A stretch of DNA of 64,000 nucleotides from an uncultured Chloroflexia bacterium (GTDB lineage Bacteria > Chloroflexota > Limnocylindria > Limnocylindrales > CSP1-4). Location: NCBI GenBank assembly GCA_963778645.1, contig CAVZVH010000021.1:17191-81190 (forward strand), written 5' to 3'. The position numbers were made by a program, and so were the translations under genes. Of the stretch, positions 51,495-62,664 are shown piece by piece (position 1 is the stretch's first letter; the number at the start of each line of letters is the position of its first letter). The notes beneath the pieces are model-generated. The model was given only the letters and a program-made list of their open reading frames with translations. It was not told the origin of the DNA and made no database searches.

Positions 51495-54033
51495 TCATCC
51501 ACCGGCGCGTGACGCGTTTCGACGGGCGAGGTCGCGGAGCTCGCGGTCGGCGGACGTGAACACGGTTCTGATCCGGCGCTGGGACGATCGATCGCCTCGT
51601 GTCGCAAGGGTATCCAGCCAGGCGAGGCCGCCGGCGACGATCGTCCTGAGGTAGGTGATGTCGGCGCGTGCGTCGACGTGACGATCGCCCACGAGATAGA
51701 TCGGCGACGTATGGGCGGCCATCTGGACCGGCCATACATGCTGTGCGATGAACGGACTCGAGGTGCGCGCAGCGATCCAGCCACCTTGCGAGGCCCGGAT
51801 CGTCGTCTTGAGTTCCAGGAACCGATCGCCGCGGGGCTCGGTGGTCGGCCTCGATGACGCTCCCGTTGTAGACGAGTTCCAGTCGGTCGAGGGGAGCCAC
51901 GCAGCGGGCTGTCGCATGCACGGCAAGGCTTGCTCCCGGTCCGATCGCGATCTCCTCGCCGAGCCCGACGCCTTCGACAGCCAGATCGATGAACGGTCCG
52001 CTGGAGGTGGACGTTCGACCGGATCGCACGGCGTTGGTCCAGCTCTGCCACGAGGTCGGGCCTGTCCCCACTTGCGCGTAGGTCCGCAGGCCACCGATGG
52101 GCATGCCCGCACTCATCTTGTCGGTGCCACCGACGACGGGAACGCGCAGGCCGCTGTTGAGCAGGCGGTACCACTCGCGCGTGGCGTAGGTGTCGACACC
52201 CGACCAGAAGTCGCGGATCTCCAGGGCGTCGACGCGGCCGAGGGCGACGTCGGCGACCACCTCGCAGTACGGGTTGGGGAAGTGCGGGACGACGGCCAGG
52301 CCACCCCGCAGTCGACTGTCATCGGCCCAATCCGAGATGCTGGTCCAGGCCGCGTCGCCGAGGTACGACTCGTCAGGCCCCGCCGAGCTGAGTGGGGCCG
52401 TGATCCTCCCGCTGGTCCCGAGCAGCGACAGATGCCCCAGGATGTGCTGGCGGTTCTCGGTCCCGACCCAGACGAGCGTGCCGTCTCGACTGACCGGCGA
52501 TAACTCGCCGGTGACGTCACCGACGTTCGTGAACAGATCGCCCCATTGGGCCGCCAGCAGGTTGACGATGCTCAGGCCCTCGGCCTGACCCTCCAGCCAC
52601 GCCGTCTCGGGCGACAGGAAGTGAACATGGGTGTCGGCGCCGATCCAGCCTTGTCGCCGAACGTCGCTCGTCCGCTTGAGATCGACGACGACCGGATCGC
52701 CTGAGTTGGACACGCCGGCCTTCACGACCATCCGGACCGGCTCGAATTCGAAGCCCTTGACCACCTCGACGAAGACGTCGTTTGCCGGAAGGCGGACCTG
52801 GAACGATCCAGGCACGTACGCGTAGTTCGTCCGGCCGAGCTTGAGATCGGCGCCGTAGTCCTCGAACCAGCGATCGTTGACCTCCTGCCGGTGGCCGACC
52901 GGAGGCAGGTACCTGCCCTGGCTGGTTCGAACGTGGACTCGCGACGGCGTCAGGGCGCCGGTCTCGGAATCGCGAACCTCGAACGAGACGAGGCGCGTCG
53001 GCTCCGGGAGCCTCTCGATGCGGACGCCGTTCGACAGCCGGGTGTGGCGCCGCCGCCTCAGCTCGGCCATCGACGCGCTCGCCCCCGCGACGGTGACGGC
53101 TCCACCCTCGGCGGCCGCGACCTGGACGATGCGGGCGGTCGGTGGGACCGGCCCGGCCTCGTCGCCCCACCCGACGACCGCGGGGCGACGCCATGCGGTC
53201 CGATCCGTCGGTTGGAGGTCCAGCGTGCGCGCGATCAGGCCCAGATCGACCTCCACGGCGGGCGGTGAGTCTGACGCATCCGAGTCGACGACGAGGCTCA
53301 TGAGGCGCGCACGCCGGAGCGGGTGGGCGACCGACCGGACCAGGGTGATGGCCCCGATGGCAATCCAGTCCGAGCTCGTCGCCTGGAGCTGTAGACCCGC
53401 GAGTGGCACGGCCGGGCGGGGGTTCCGAAGGGCGAACAGCCAGTAGGCTCCGAATGGAGGGACGGTCGGCTCGCCCCATGCCACGCCCGCGTAGTCCCCG
53501 CCCTGGACGCCCGTTTGATCGGCGCCCCATTCACCCTCGGCATGCGGACCGCGCCACTCCCTGGATCGGACATCGCGATGGGGAAGACTCGCGAATGCGG
53601 CTTGACCCCAGCCGACGACGAGGTCGTTGATCTCGAACCGTCGCCGGATCGGCACGCTCCGCCGGACCGCGTCCGCATACACGAGCGAGTAGGTGGCGAG
53701 GCGGGCACCTGGGTCGAGGATTCCCGGACCCGGAGCATGTCCGCTGGTCGCATCTGGGCCCGTGGAGAAGTGGGCAACGACCACCCAATCCGTCAGGGCG
53801 TCATCGATGACGACATCCGCGTGAGGCGCCGTTGGCAGACCGAGCCAGCGCTGGCGAGGCGTCGCGCCATCGGATGCAAACTCGAACGGGATCCCCCACA
53901 GCGTCTGGTCTCCGCCGGGAAGGGCCCGGATGGCACCGCCGATGCTGGGGTGGAGGGCAACGTCGGTCGTCGATCGCGGACCATCCACCGGACAGATGGC
54001 GGAGACGGGCACGGGCGCAAATGAAGGCCGCAT
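51495..54033 (-). CDS. CehA/McbA-family (PHP-like) metallohydrolase with large N-terminal domain. Apparent frameshift ~51790-51810. The long 50881..54033 ORF tail is antisense to lacI
   Basis: …GWIGADTHVHF…, …HILGHLSLLG…, …VVPHFPNP…, …VVGGTDKMS… metal-ligand blocks. GC3 shows the true C-terminus in ORF 51495..52112 frame. Confidence 0.55.
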
Positions 54034-54036
54034 GCG

Positions 54037-55059
54037 TCAGGATGTGAGGCGGCCGAGGGTCGCGGTCGCCAGAGCACGCTGGTCCGTTGCCTTCCCGATG
54101 GCCAGCGACGCCAGTCTGGCGCTCATACGCTGCTCGCTCTTGAGCCGCTTCGAGCCGAGCGACGTCCGCCAGGTCGGAGGCAGCGATCGGGCGCCCGCCA
54201 GTGCACCGGAGATCGACCCGACCATGGCCCCGATGGTATCCGTGTCGCGCCCGAAGTTCGCCGCGGATTCCACGCACCGCAGCGGATCTCCCTCGGCCAG
54301 GGCCAGGAGGCCGAAGACGGCCGGCACCGTCTCCCGTGCGTCGCAGGCAACGGGTTGGCGGAACGTCTGGTGATATCGACGCCGAAACGTCTCGTAGTCT
54401 TTCGCCCGCCTGGCCAGTATCAGAGCCTGCGCGATCAGGCCTCGCATCACCGCGCCGGAGCGCCGATGCAGGTCGGCTCCGGCACCCCCGAGCACATCAG
54501 CGAGTGACGCCCCCGGCACGACGGCGATGGCGACGGCGGCCGCGATAGCCGCGGCGGCGTCGGCGCAGAACGAGACCGGTCCCTGGTGGATCAACGACCC
54601 CAGGGACCACGCCTGGATCGCGGCGGCACGCGCGTTTCCAGCGTTCACGATGCCGACCGGCGCGATGCACATGGCCGAGCTCGAGCTCGCCATGTTCCCG
54701 TTCGCGACGCTCCGTGCGTCGAACCCCATCGCCAGCTTCTCCGCCGTCTGCAGCACCGACACGAAGAACTTCGGTCGTAGCGGGCCAGTGAACAGGTCGC
54801 GATGGGCGATCCATCGTTCTGCCCAGTCGTCCGGTCCGGCATACCCGTCGGTCGCCAGCAAGGCCTCGCAGAGGAGCAAGCGCATCGCCGAGTCATCGGT
54901 GCCAGACCCTGCAACGGCCGTGACCCAACCGAACCGGCTGGCGATGTCGTCGGGCTCCATGTTCTCCGTGGGTGTGCCCATCGCGTCGCCGACCAACCCA
55001 CCGATGAGACATCCCAGGACTCGATCCTCGAATTCCCTCGCCGCGGGCGCGACCTTCAT
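54037..55059 (-). CDS. ADP-ribosylglycohydrolase family protein (DraG-like)
   Basis: …RVLGCLIGGLVGDAMGTPTE… N-terminal motif. ~340 aa. Confidence 0.7.
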   Translation of the reverse strand: MKVAPAAREFEDRVLGCLIGGLVGDAMGTPTENMEPDDIASRFGWVTAVAGSGTDDSAMRLLLCEALLATDGYAGPDDWAERWIAHRDLFTGPLRPKFFVSVLQTAEKLAMGFDARSVANGNMASSSSAMCIAPVGIVNAGNARAAAIQAWSLGSLIHQGPVSFCADAAAAIAAAVAIAVVPGASLADVLGGAGADLHRRSGAVMRGLIAQALILARRAKDYETFRRRYHQTFRQPVACDARETVPAVFGLLALAEGDPLRCVESAANFGRDTDTIGAMVGSISGALAGARSLPPTWRTSLGSKRLKSEQRMSARLASLAIGKATDQRALATATLGRLTS

Positions 55060-55934
55060 CCCTTGAGTCCCACCGACGCGATCCCACCGATGAGGCGGCG
55101 CTGCAGGACGAAGTACAGGATGATCGGTGGCGCCATCATGAGGAGGTTTGCCGCCATCACCAGGTTCCAGTCCGTGCCGCGAAGGGTCACGCTGTTGGCC
55201 AGGCCCAGGGCGACGGTGAACTGGCTGTTTCGCTCCAGATAGATCAGCGGTCCGAGGAGGTCGTTCCAGCTGCCCAGGAACACGAAGACGGCGCACACCG
55301 CGAGGACCGGCTTGGTGAGCGGCAGGATGACCCACCAGAAGATCGCGAGATGCCCGGCCCCATCGATCCGTGCCGCCTCGTCGAGTTCACGCGGGATCGT
55401 ACGCATGTACTGGCGGATGAGGAACACGAAGAAGGCGCTGCCGAAGAATGACGGCACGATCAGGGGCAGGTACGTCCCGTACCAGCCGATCGTGTGGAAG
55501 ATCAGGAACTGCGGAACCATCAGCGCCTGCCACGGGATCAGCATGGTCAGGATCAGCAGCCTGAAGAGGCGATCCCGCCCGCGAAATCGCATCCGAGCGA
55601 ACGCGTATCCCGCCACCGAGCAAGAGAAGAGTGTCCCGATCAGGTTCCCGGCGAAGATCGTCAGCGTGTTCAGCATGTAGAGGCCGAACGGTCGATCCGG
55701 CTGCGTCATCGTGCGGACGAAGTTGTCGAATGCGAAGAACTTCGTCGGGAACCACTCCGCCGGGATGGTGAAGACCGGTACGCGATCGGGCTTCAACGCG
55801 ACCGTGATCATCCAACCAACGGGCAGGAGCACCACGACGGACAGAAGGATGAGCAACGCGACCGTGGCGCCGCGACGGGCCAGCGCCGACCAGCGAATCG
55901 GCTTCCGTGGTGGGCTCGCGAACGACGGCGCCAA
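55056..55934 (-). CDS. Carbohydrate ABC transporter permease (MalG-like)
   Basis: Six TM helices, EAA loop region. Confidence 0.8.
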   Translation of the reverse strand: MAPSFASPPRKPIRWSALARRGATVALLILLSVVVLLPVGWMITVALKPDRVPVFTIPAEWFPTKFFAFDNFVRTMTQPDRPFGLYMLNTLTIFAGNLIGTLFSCSVAGYAFARMRFRGRDRLFRLLILTMLIPWQALMVPQFLIFHTIGWYGTYLPLIVPSFFGSAFFVFLIRQYMRTIPRELDEAARIDGAGHLAIFWWVILPLTKPVLAVCAVFVFLGSWNDLLGPLIYLERNSQFTVALGLANSVTLRGTDWNLVMAANLLMMAPPIILYFVLQRRLIGGIASVGLKG

Positions 55935-55937
55935 CGG

Positions 55938-56872
55938 TTACTTGCCTTCGGTCTCGTAGTACACGAACCGCTCCGAGGCTCGCATCGCAAGCAGGATCAC
56001 CCCGGTGGCAGCGAGGACGAAGACCAGGCCGAGGGCGGATGCGTAGCCGATCCGACCGCTGCGAAAGCCCTCGTTCCAGAGGTTCAGGAGATAGAACAGG
56101 AGCGACCCGCTCGAGCCTCGGCTGCCGCCGAGGACGTACGCGACGTCGAACACCTGGAAGGACCCGATCAACGTCGTGATGAAGAGGAAGTAGAGCGTCG
56201 GCGAGAGCATCGGCAGGGTGATGTGCCGGAACTTCTGGCGGGAACCGGCGCCGTCGATCTCCGCCGCCTCATAGAGCTGGGCGGGGATGTTCTGGAGACC
56301 GGCGAGGTAGATGATCGCGGCGCCACCGACCGTCCAGACGCTCGTCAGGACGACGGCCGGCACAGCCCAATCCGGGTTCGTCAGCCACCTCGGCGGGTTC
56401 TCGATCCCGAGACTCCGCAGCAGCTGGTTCAGGATCCCGAACTCCGGGTTGAGGATCTGGAGCCAGAGCACGGCGACCGCGACCCCGGCGATGACCGATG
56501 GCACGAACATGATGGTTCGGAACAGGCCGATGCCCCGCACCGGACGATTGAGGAGCAGGGACAGTCCGAGCCCCAGGACCAACAGGATCGGCAATGACAG
56601 AAGCGTGTAGCGGAGCGTCACGCCGACCGATTGAAGGAACCGGCGGTCGGACACCATCGAGACGTAGTTGTCCAGACCGACGAACCGCGGTGTCGTCGCG
56701 AGGGTCCAATCGGTCAGGCTGATGGCGGCCATCACGACGACGGGAAGGCCGATGAACAGACCCAGACCGGCCAGCCACGGGCCGACGAAGAACCACGCGG
56801 CGGGCTCGTCCGAGGACAAGCCCGCCGGTCGTGCGAACCGACGTTCGCGGGAGATGCCGGACACTACCCGTC
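55938..56872 (-). CDS. Carbohydrate ABC transporter permease (MalF-like); GTG start ~56872, with the long upstream extension of ORF 55938..57503 rejected
   Basis: …IDGAGSRQKFRHITLPMLSPTLYF… EAA motif. Confidence 0.75.
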
Positions 56873-56907
56873 GGCCGAGCACGGTAGGAGTGGAGCGCCG
56901 GACCGTG

Positions 56908-58236
56908 CTACTGGATCTTGTCCCACGACTCCCATTCCCGGTCGAGGTCCTCCTGCATGAGCGGAGCCGCGGCTCGAAGTGCGCTGCCCGCGTCGCCGTT
57001 CTCGACGATGCTCGTGAAGGTCTCATCGAGGATCGGGCCCAACACGGAGAAGAAGCCGGGCACGAAGGCCCGCTGCCTTGCCTGAGCCGCCAGGTCGAGG
57101 AGGATCTGTCGCTCAGGCGCTCCGGTGGCCCAACCGGTGTCCTTGGCCAGCTGGAGATCGAGTGGCGGCGCGCCGGCCTCCGCTCGGACCTTGTTGCCCT
57201 CTGTCGCGATCCAGACCACCAGCTCCTTGGCCTCGTCCGGGTGCGACGCCTTGGTCGGGACGGCCCACATGTCCATCCAGGTCGATGCCCACACGGGCTC
57301 ACCGGCACGCTCCACCGGAAGGGGAGCCACGCCGACGTCGACGCCCTGCTCCTGGAGCTCGCCGACGGCGGTGTTATCGCCGATCGCCATGGCCAGCTGA
57401 TGGGTCGCCAGGAGATCGGTCGATTCGATGCCGGCCGCCTCCTGTTCGGCTCCTGTGATCCCGACGCCATCCCTGGCCATCTTGGCGAGGACGTCCCAGG
57501 CATGGATCGTGGCTTCGTCGTCGACCAAGCCGATCACGCTGCGACCATCCTCGCTGTAGAGATTCGTCGTGTCCATCCACCAGTGTGTCGGCGCGACCTC
57601 GCCTCCCCAGACCCGCTTCGCCAGGTCCGGATCCGGCTTCGCGAGCGTCGTGGCGACCTGCGCGTACTCGTCGACCGACATCGGCACGGTCGCCGACGGA
57701 TGCGGCAGACCCGCGGCGTCGAATGCCTGCCGGTCATAGAGCAGCACCACCACCCCGAGGTAGCTGCCAAGGCAGTACAGCTTCCCGTCGAGCATGCAGC
57801 CCCCGAGCGGGCCCTGGGCGTATCGAGTGAGGTCGATGCTGTTGCTCGCGAAGACCTCATCGAGGGGATGGAACGCGCCCGCCTTGAGCCAGCGTGCCTC
57901 ATACATCAGGGCGACGTCGGGCGGTGAGCCAGCGGCGAACGCCGTGTCCAGTTTGGTGACGTAGAGGTCCTCCGGCACGAGCGTGACTTCTAGCGTGATG
58001 TTCGGGTGGGAGGCCTCGAAGCCCTCCTTGAACCTCGGGAGGATGCCGTCCTCACCCTCGAAGACCCAGAGGTCGAGCGAGACCTTCTCGCCGGTCGCGG
58101 CCGAGCTCGTGGCGCCCGCCGAAGCGTTGCTGGAACCCGTCGGTGTCACGGACGATGGTGCCGACGTCCCGCATGCCGAGATGAGCAGAGCGCCGGCCAT
58201 GAGGGCGCCGGACGTCCGCCTGCCGAAGACCGTCAT
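56908..58236 (-). CDS. Sugar ABC transporter substrate-binding lipoprotein
   Basis: Lipobox LLISACGTS, family-1 SBP features. Confidence 0.8.
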   Translation of the reverse strand: MTVFGRRTSGALMAGALLISACGTSAPSSVTPTGSSNASAGATSSAATGEKVSLDLWVFEGEDGILPRFKEGFEASHPNITLEVTLVPEDLYVTKLDTAFAAGSPPDVALMYEARWLKAGAFHPLDEVFASNSIDLTRYAQGPLGGCMLDGKLYCLGSYLGVVVLLYDRQAFDAAGLPHPSATVPMSVDEYAQVATTLAKPDPDLAKRVWGGEVAPTHWWMDTTNLYSEDGRSVIGLVDDEATIHAWDVLAKMARDGVGITGAEQEAAGIESTDLLATHQLAMAIGDNTAVGELQEQGVDVGVAPLPVERAGEPVWASTWMDMWAVPTKASHPDEAKELVVWIATEGNKVRAEAGAPPLDLQLAKDTGWATGAPERQILLDLAAQARQRAFVPGFFSVLGPILDETFTSIVENGDAGSALRAAAPLMQEDLDREWESWDKIQ

Positions 58237-59039
58237 GATCGAGCCTCCTCGAGCTCCGTGCGTTCCGTGTTGTCATCCGCGAATGAGGTCGCCGCCGGGG
58301 CGACCCGTACCTCGTAGCTCCCCATCGTGCCCTCCTCGCACACCAGCCCGACCGCACCCCCACGAAGCGAACGCGGCGATTCGTCGACCACGTCGGCGAT
58401 CAACCCGCCATCGACCCATGCCCTGATCCGAGGTCCGATCACCTCGAGCGCCAACGCGTACGACCGGAAGTACTCCAGGTCGAATGCGACGTCCGCCAGG
58501 ACCGTGACGTCGTCATTGGCCCGGACGACCCTGGCCCGCCCTTCGTTGGTGAGCAACAGGGCGTAGTAGCGACGGAGACCCTGCACGCGCGCCGCGACAC
58601 CGGCCGCGGCCGCCATCCACAGGGTCACATCCGCGTCGACGCGATAGTCGGTCCAGTCGAGGGACCCCTGACTGATGAGGCCCGTCCCCCGGTTCTGCGA
58701 GAAGCGGTAGGTCTCAGGTTTTCGTGCCTCCCAGACGTCGACGGCATCGATCCATGCGCGGCGCCACATCGTTCCACCATCGACGGGGCGACCGAGCCTC
58801 ACGGTCGGTGACCCCGACCATGACAGCCAATCCAGGTGGATGGCGCCCTTCGCCTGGCCCGAGACCTCGACCCCGACTTCCGCGATCGGCTGACCGCCGG
58901 TCTCGGGCACCGGCCAGCGGAGTTCGACTCGACCGCCGGGCTCCAACGACTCGGCCGGACCGCGGAGCCAGCTGAGCTCGTCATTCCCCGTGTAATGGGC
59001 GAGGATCAGCCGAGTCGTTGACCGGACCAGTGGTGTCAT
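58233..59039 (-). CDS. Hypothetical protein (268 aa), unknown function
   Basis: High GC3 ORF between an ADP-ribosylglycohydrolase paralog and the ABC transporter. Confidence 0.4.
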   Translation of the reverse strand: MTPLVRSTTRLILAHYTGNDELSWLRGPAESLEPGGRVELRWPVPETGGQPIAEVGVEVSGQAKGAIHLDWLSWSGSPTVRLGRPVDGGTMWRRAWIDAVDVWEARKPETYRFSQNRGTGLISQGSLDWTDYRVDADVTLWMAAAAGVAARVQGLRRYYALLLTNEGRARVVRANDDVTVLADVAFDLEYFRSYALALEVIGPRIRAWVDGGLIADVVDESPRSLRGGAVGLVCEEGTMGSYEVRVAPAATSFADDNTERTELEEARS

Positions 59040-60393
59040 CCGACAGTCGGACCGCCGCCCGGAGGTCCTGGCCGGCGTGGAGCGTCGGGGAGGCCAGGAG
59101 CCGATACCCGATCATGTTGATCGCGCTCGGCGGGATGAACGTCGGTGTCGTCAATCGCGTTGACCCGGGGCCCGGATGGTCGAAGCCACAGCGCAGGCTT
59201 CTGCGCCCCGTGGTACTCCCGCCTTCGACGTTCATCAGCATCGGCGGATCGCCGGTGGCATCCGTGTCGGCCGCAAAGCCCTGGACCGCGCCATCGAACT
59301 CGAAGTGGAAGCGCGCCCCGCGCTTCGGGAGGACGGGATCCTCGCCTGCCATCCGACGACCCGCCGTGGTGATCCGCCCTGCCTCGATCACGGCGTCGGT
59401 GATCGCGCGGCCCCCCTCGGCAGTCGGCAGATACATCCGATCCGCCACCGGGCCACGCCAGTCGACCGTCCCGCTCAATCCGGCGAGACCAACCTTGATC
59501 CCCATCAGACAGCCGATGTTGCCGGAGTTGCAGTCGGTATCCCAACCACCGGTGTTGACGATCGAAAGGGTCCGGCTGAAGTCGTCGTCGCCCCATAGCA
59601 GGCTCAGGATCATCAGGCCGTGGTTCGGGACGACATGGACGTTGCCGCGGTATCGGTGGTATCCGTATCGCTCAGCGAGCCGCTCCCGGGCGACCCGCCA
59701 GTCCGGTTCGCCGACCCGCCAGTCCCGCAGGTCGGCGATCAAACGGGCGATGACCGAATCGGGCGGGATGAAGGACAGCCCGGTGTCGAGTAGACGGTCG
59801 AGGTCCCCATCGACGAACGCCTGGGCTTCCATCGCGGCGAGCAAGGCCGCGGCGTGCACGGCCTCGCCGTCGTGGCTGACGCTCGCCGCCGTCCGGGCGA
59901 GTGCCGCCGCCCGTGCCGGATCTCCCGGTGACGCCATCGCCCAGGCGTCGATGAAGATCTGGGCGCCGATCTGTTCGGACGTCTCACGACCGTTCAAGGC
60001 GGCCGACCCGCTGCGAGGTGCCGGTACGCCCGACTTGAGACGCAGGTAGGCGGTGTGCTCCGTCGAGTGTCCGAGGCCTCCCCACCACAGGATCGTGCGG
60101 TTCTCGATGAGGTAGTTCAGCCATGCTCGGCCGACCGCCTCGGACCCGAGGTCGGGGTCGTAGCCGCTGTCCTCGAGAGCGCGGAAGAACGTGAACGTCC
60201 CCGTGATGTCGTCGTCGGTGACGATCAGCGGGACGCCGAGCTGCTCATGGACATAGCCGGTGATCTCGCCGAGTTCGTCGGTGATCCGCTCGTAGGTCCA
60301 GCCTTCGACCGGTCGGCCCAGGTAGACGCCGATGATCTTGCCAAGGACGCCGGCGTAGACACGCTCCTCGTAGTCGGTCGGGATCGACGACAA
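58981..60393 (-). CDS. ADP-ribosylglycohydrolase family protein (second paralog)
   Basis: …VLGKIIGVYLGRPVEGW… and …GGWDTDCNSGNIGCLMG… blocks. Confidence 0.7.
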   Translation of the reverse strand: MSSIPTDYEERVYAGVLGKIIGVYLGRPVEGWTYERITDELGEITGYVHEQLGVPLIVTDDDITGTFTFFRALEDSGYDPDLGSEAVGRAWLNYLIENRTILWWGGLGHSTEHTAYLRLKSGVPAPRSGSAALNGRETSEQIGAQIFIDAWAMASPGDPARAAALARTAASVSHDGEAVHAAALLAAMEAQAFVDGDLDRLLDTGLSFIPPDSVIARLIADLRDWRVGEPDWRVARERLAERYGYHRYRGNVHVVPNHGLMILSLLWGDDDFSRTLSIVNTGGWDTDCNSGNIGCLMGIKVGLAGLSGTVDWRGPVADRMYLPTAEGGRAITDAVIEAGRITTAGRRMAGEDPVLPKRGARFHFEFDGAVQGFAADTDATGDPPMLMNVEGGSTTGRRSLRCGFDHPGPGSTRLTTPTFIPPSAINMIGYRLLASPTLHAGQDLRAAVRLSDDTTGPVNDSADPRPLHGE

Positions 60394-60423
60394 CTCGAAC
60401 GCTCCTCCTGCGAGTTATTCGTA

Positions 60424-60944
60424 TCAGCATGCGAGGCCGCTTGGCCGCGCGTCAATCCTCGGCGACGACGAGGCGGTCCGCATGACGCTGCCGGTCGGCG
60501 ACCTACGGTTGCCCGTGCGGCTCGCGATGTAGGCTCGCCAGCCACCGTACGCGCTGATGTCCCGGTCCGTCGGCCGGAGCCGTGCCGGATCGAACAGGAC
60601 ACCCGGCACGACACGTCCGTCGATGAGTTCGACCGATCCCACATAGAGACCCGGCGGCTCCCCGTGAACGACGCGTTCCAGGACGTCTCCGAGAGGCGAT
60701 AAAGTTCGCCCAGCACGGCGATGCCACCGCTTTCGACCTCATGCATCCCGGGATGTCGGTCGCCGATCGAGTGCAGTCGATACCTCGGCGCGGTCGAGAT
60801 CGATCCGAGGAAGGCCGCTCCGTCCAGGTTGGCGTGGAGTGCCAGGCCCTTCATGAGGGTTCCGTTCACGAAGAGCAGGGACCCATCGTTGGCGGGACTG
60901 CTTCGGCTGGCGCTCCTGTCGTCCGGTTCCACGGCGCTCCTCAC
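60424..60944 (-). CDS. Gamma-glutamylcyclotransferase/AIG2-like family protein. Apparent frameshift ~60650-60660
   Basis: LLFVNGTLMKG… N-terminus. Downstream frame gives …LERVVHGEPPGLYVGSVELIDGRVVPGVLF… typical of GGCT-like proteins. Confidence 0.5.
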
Positions 60945-61034
60945 TGCTGGCGATCGTCGGGGATAGGATGATACGTATCATCGACGGGCACGGGCTCGGG
61001 TGGATCGAAGGTCGAGGAGGAGGAGCAGCCTCGG

Positions 61035-61967
61035 ATGCCGCCTGACAGCGAAACCGTCACCTACAAGCAGGTCGGCGAGCTTGCGATCAAGGCCGATGTC
61101 TCCATGCCCGCCGGCAAGGGTCCGTACCCGGTCATCGTGTTCATCCATGGTGGCGCCTTGATCATGGGCAGCCGGAGCTGGATCGATCCGATCCAACGGG
61201 AGTCCTACCTGAGCGACGGCTTCGCGGTCGTCTCGATCGACTATCGGTTGGCTCCCGAGACCAGGCTCGCCGCGATCGTCTCGGACCTCGATGACGCGAT
61301 CGCATGGGTCCGCGGCGCCGGCGGACGGCGGTTTCGGCTCGATCCACGTCGCGTGGCCGTCGTCGGACATTCCGCGGGCGGCTACCTCGCGTTGCTCGCG
61401 GGCGCCCGAGTCAAGCCCGGCCTCCAGGCGCTTGTCTCCTTCTATGGGTACGGTGACATCACCGGGCCGTGGTACAGCCGTCCCGATCCCTTCTACCTCA
61501 CCAAGCCGCTCGTCGACGAGGCCGACGCCTGGGCAGGCATGCGTGGGGCACCGGTCTCGAGCGTCGAAGGCTCGGAGAACGACGCCCGTCATCGGTTCTA
61601 CCTCTACAACCGGCAGCAGGGTCTGTGGCCGCAGAACGTCGAGGGCCACGATCCCGCCCGCGATCCCGGCGCATTCGCGCCGTACTGCCCCGTCCAGCTC
61701 GTCACGGCGGCCTACCCGCCCACGCTCCTGTTGCACGGGGACCACGACACCGATGTCCCCCACGAACAGTCTGTCTTGATGGCGTCGGCCCTCGAGGCAG
61801 CCGGCGTGACGCATGCCTTGATCACGGTCCCGAACGGCGATCATGGCTTCGATCGCGAGATGGATCGGCCCGACATCGCCGATGCCTTCGGACGCGTCCG
61901 AGCATTCCTCCGGCGTCACGCCGACGTGTCTCGTGACCGTCCCGAGGCCGGCGGCCTCCGGTCGTAG
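61035..61967 (+). CDS. Alpha/beta hydrolase (esterase/lipase, HSL-like fold-3)
   Basis: HGGALIMG oxyanion block, GHSAGG nucleophile elbow, C-terminal DHGF. Confidence 0.8.
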   Translation: MPPDSETVTYKQVGELAIKADVSMPAGKGPYPVIVFIHGGALIMGSRSWIDPIQRESYLSDGFAVVSIDYRLAPETRLAAIVSDLDDAIAWVRGAGGRRFRLDPRRVAVVGHSAGGYLALLAGARVKPGLQALVSFYGYGDITGPWYSRPDPFYLTKPLVDEADAWAGMRGAPVSSVEGSENDARHRFYLYNRQQGLWPQNVEGHDPARDPGAFAPYCPVQLVTAAYPPTLLLHGDHDTDVPHEQSVLMASALEAAGVTHALITVPNGDHGFDREMDRPDIADAFGRVRAFLRRHADVSRDRPEAGGLRS

Positions 61968-61985
61968 ACCGGTCCGTCGCGGTGG

Positions 61986-62622
61986 TCAGCGTTGGTCGAC
62001 GGCGAGGCGGACGCCGAAGGCGACCAGGATCGCGCCCATGACCGCGTCGAAGGCTCGGCGGATCCGCGGGCGGCGCAAGACGTGGCCGGCTCGGGCGACG
62101 ACGGCCGCGTAGGCGCATAGCCAGGCCAGGGTCATCGACACGAAGACGAGCCCGAGGACGAGCATGGCACCGGCCGCACCCGACCCGGGCGCCACGAATT
62201 GGGGCAGGAGGCTCGAGAAGAAGATCGCCATCTTCGGGTTGCCAAGGTTGCTGAGGGCGCCTTGCCGAAAGGCCTTCCGCGGGGCCAGACCCGTCGAGCG
62301 GGGTCCGGTGAAGTCCTCTACGCGCCCGGGCCGTGCGGCGAGCCACAGCGAGTTCGCGCCGAGATAGATGAGATAGGCGGCCCCGATCAGCCGGATCGCG
62401 GCGAAGGCGGGCTCCGAGGCGACCAGCAGGGCCGTCAACCCGAGGCTGGCGGCGACCGTCCAGCAGGCCTGACCGAGCGCGACGCCTGAGGCCGTCCCGA
62501 TGCCGGCCGCGCGGCCGCCGAGCAACGTGTTCCGGATCGTCAGGGCCGTGTCCTGCCCGGGCGTCATGATCACCACGGCCGCGATTCCGAGGAACGCCGC
62601 GAGCGAGCCATCCATGGCGCGA
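61986..62622 (-). CDS. LysE/RhtB family amino-acid exporter
   Basis: Six TM helices. Start at ATG 62622 within longer ORF. Confidence 0.7.
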
Positions 62623-62664
62623 AGTGTCGGCCCTGGTTCGCGGTGGCGGCAAGCCGCCTTCGAT

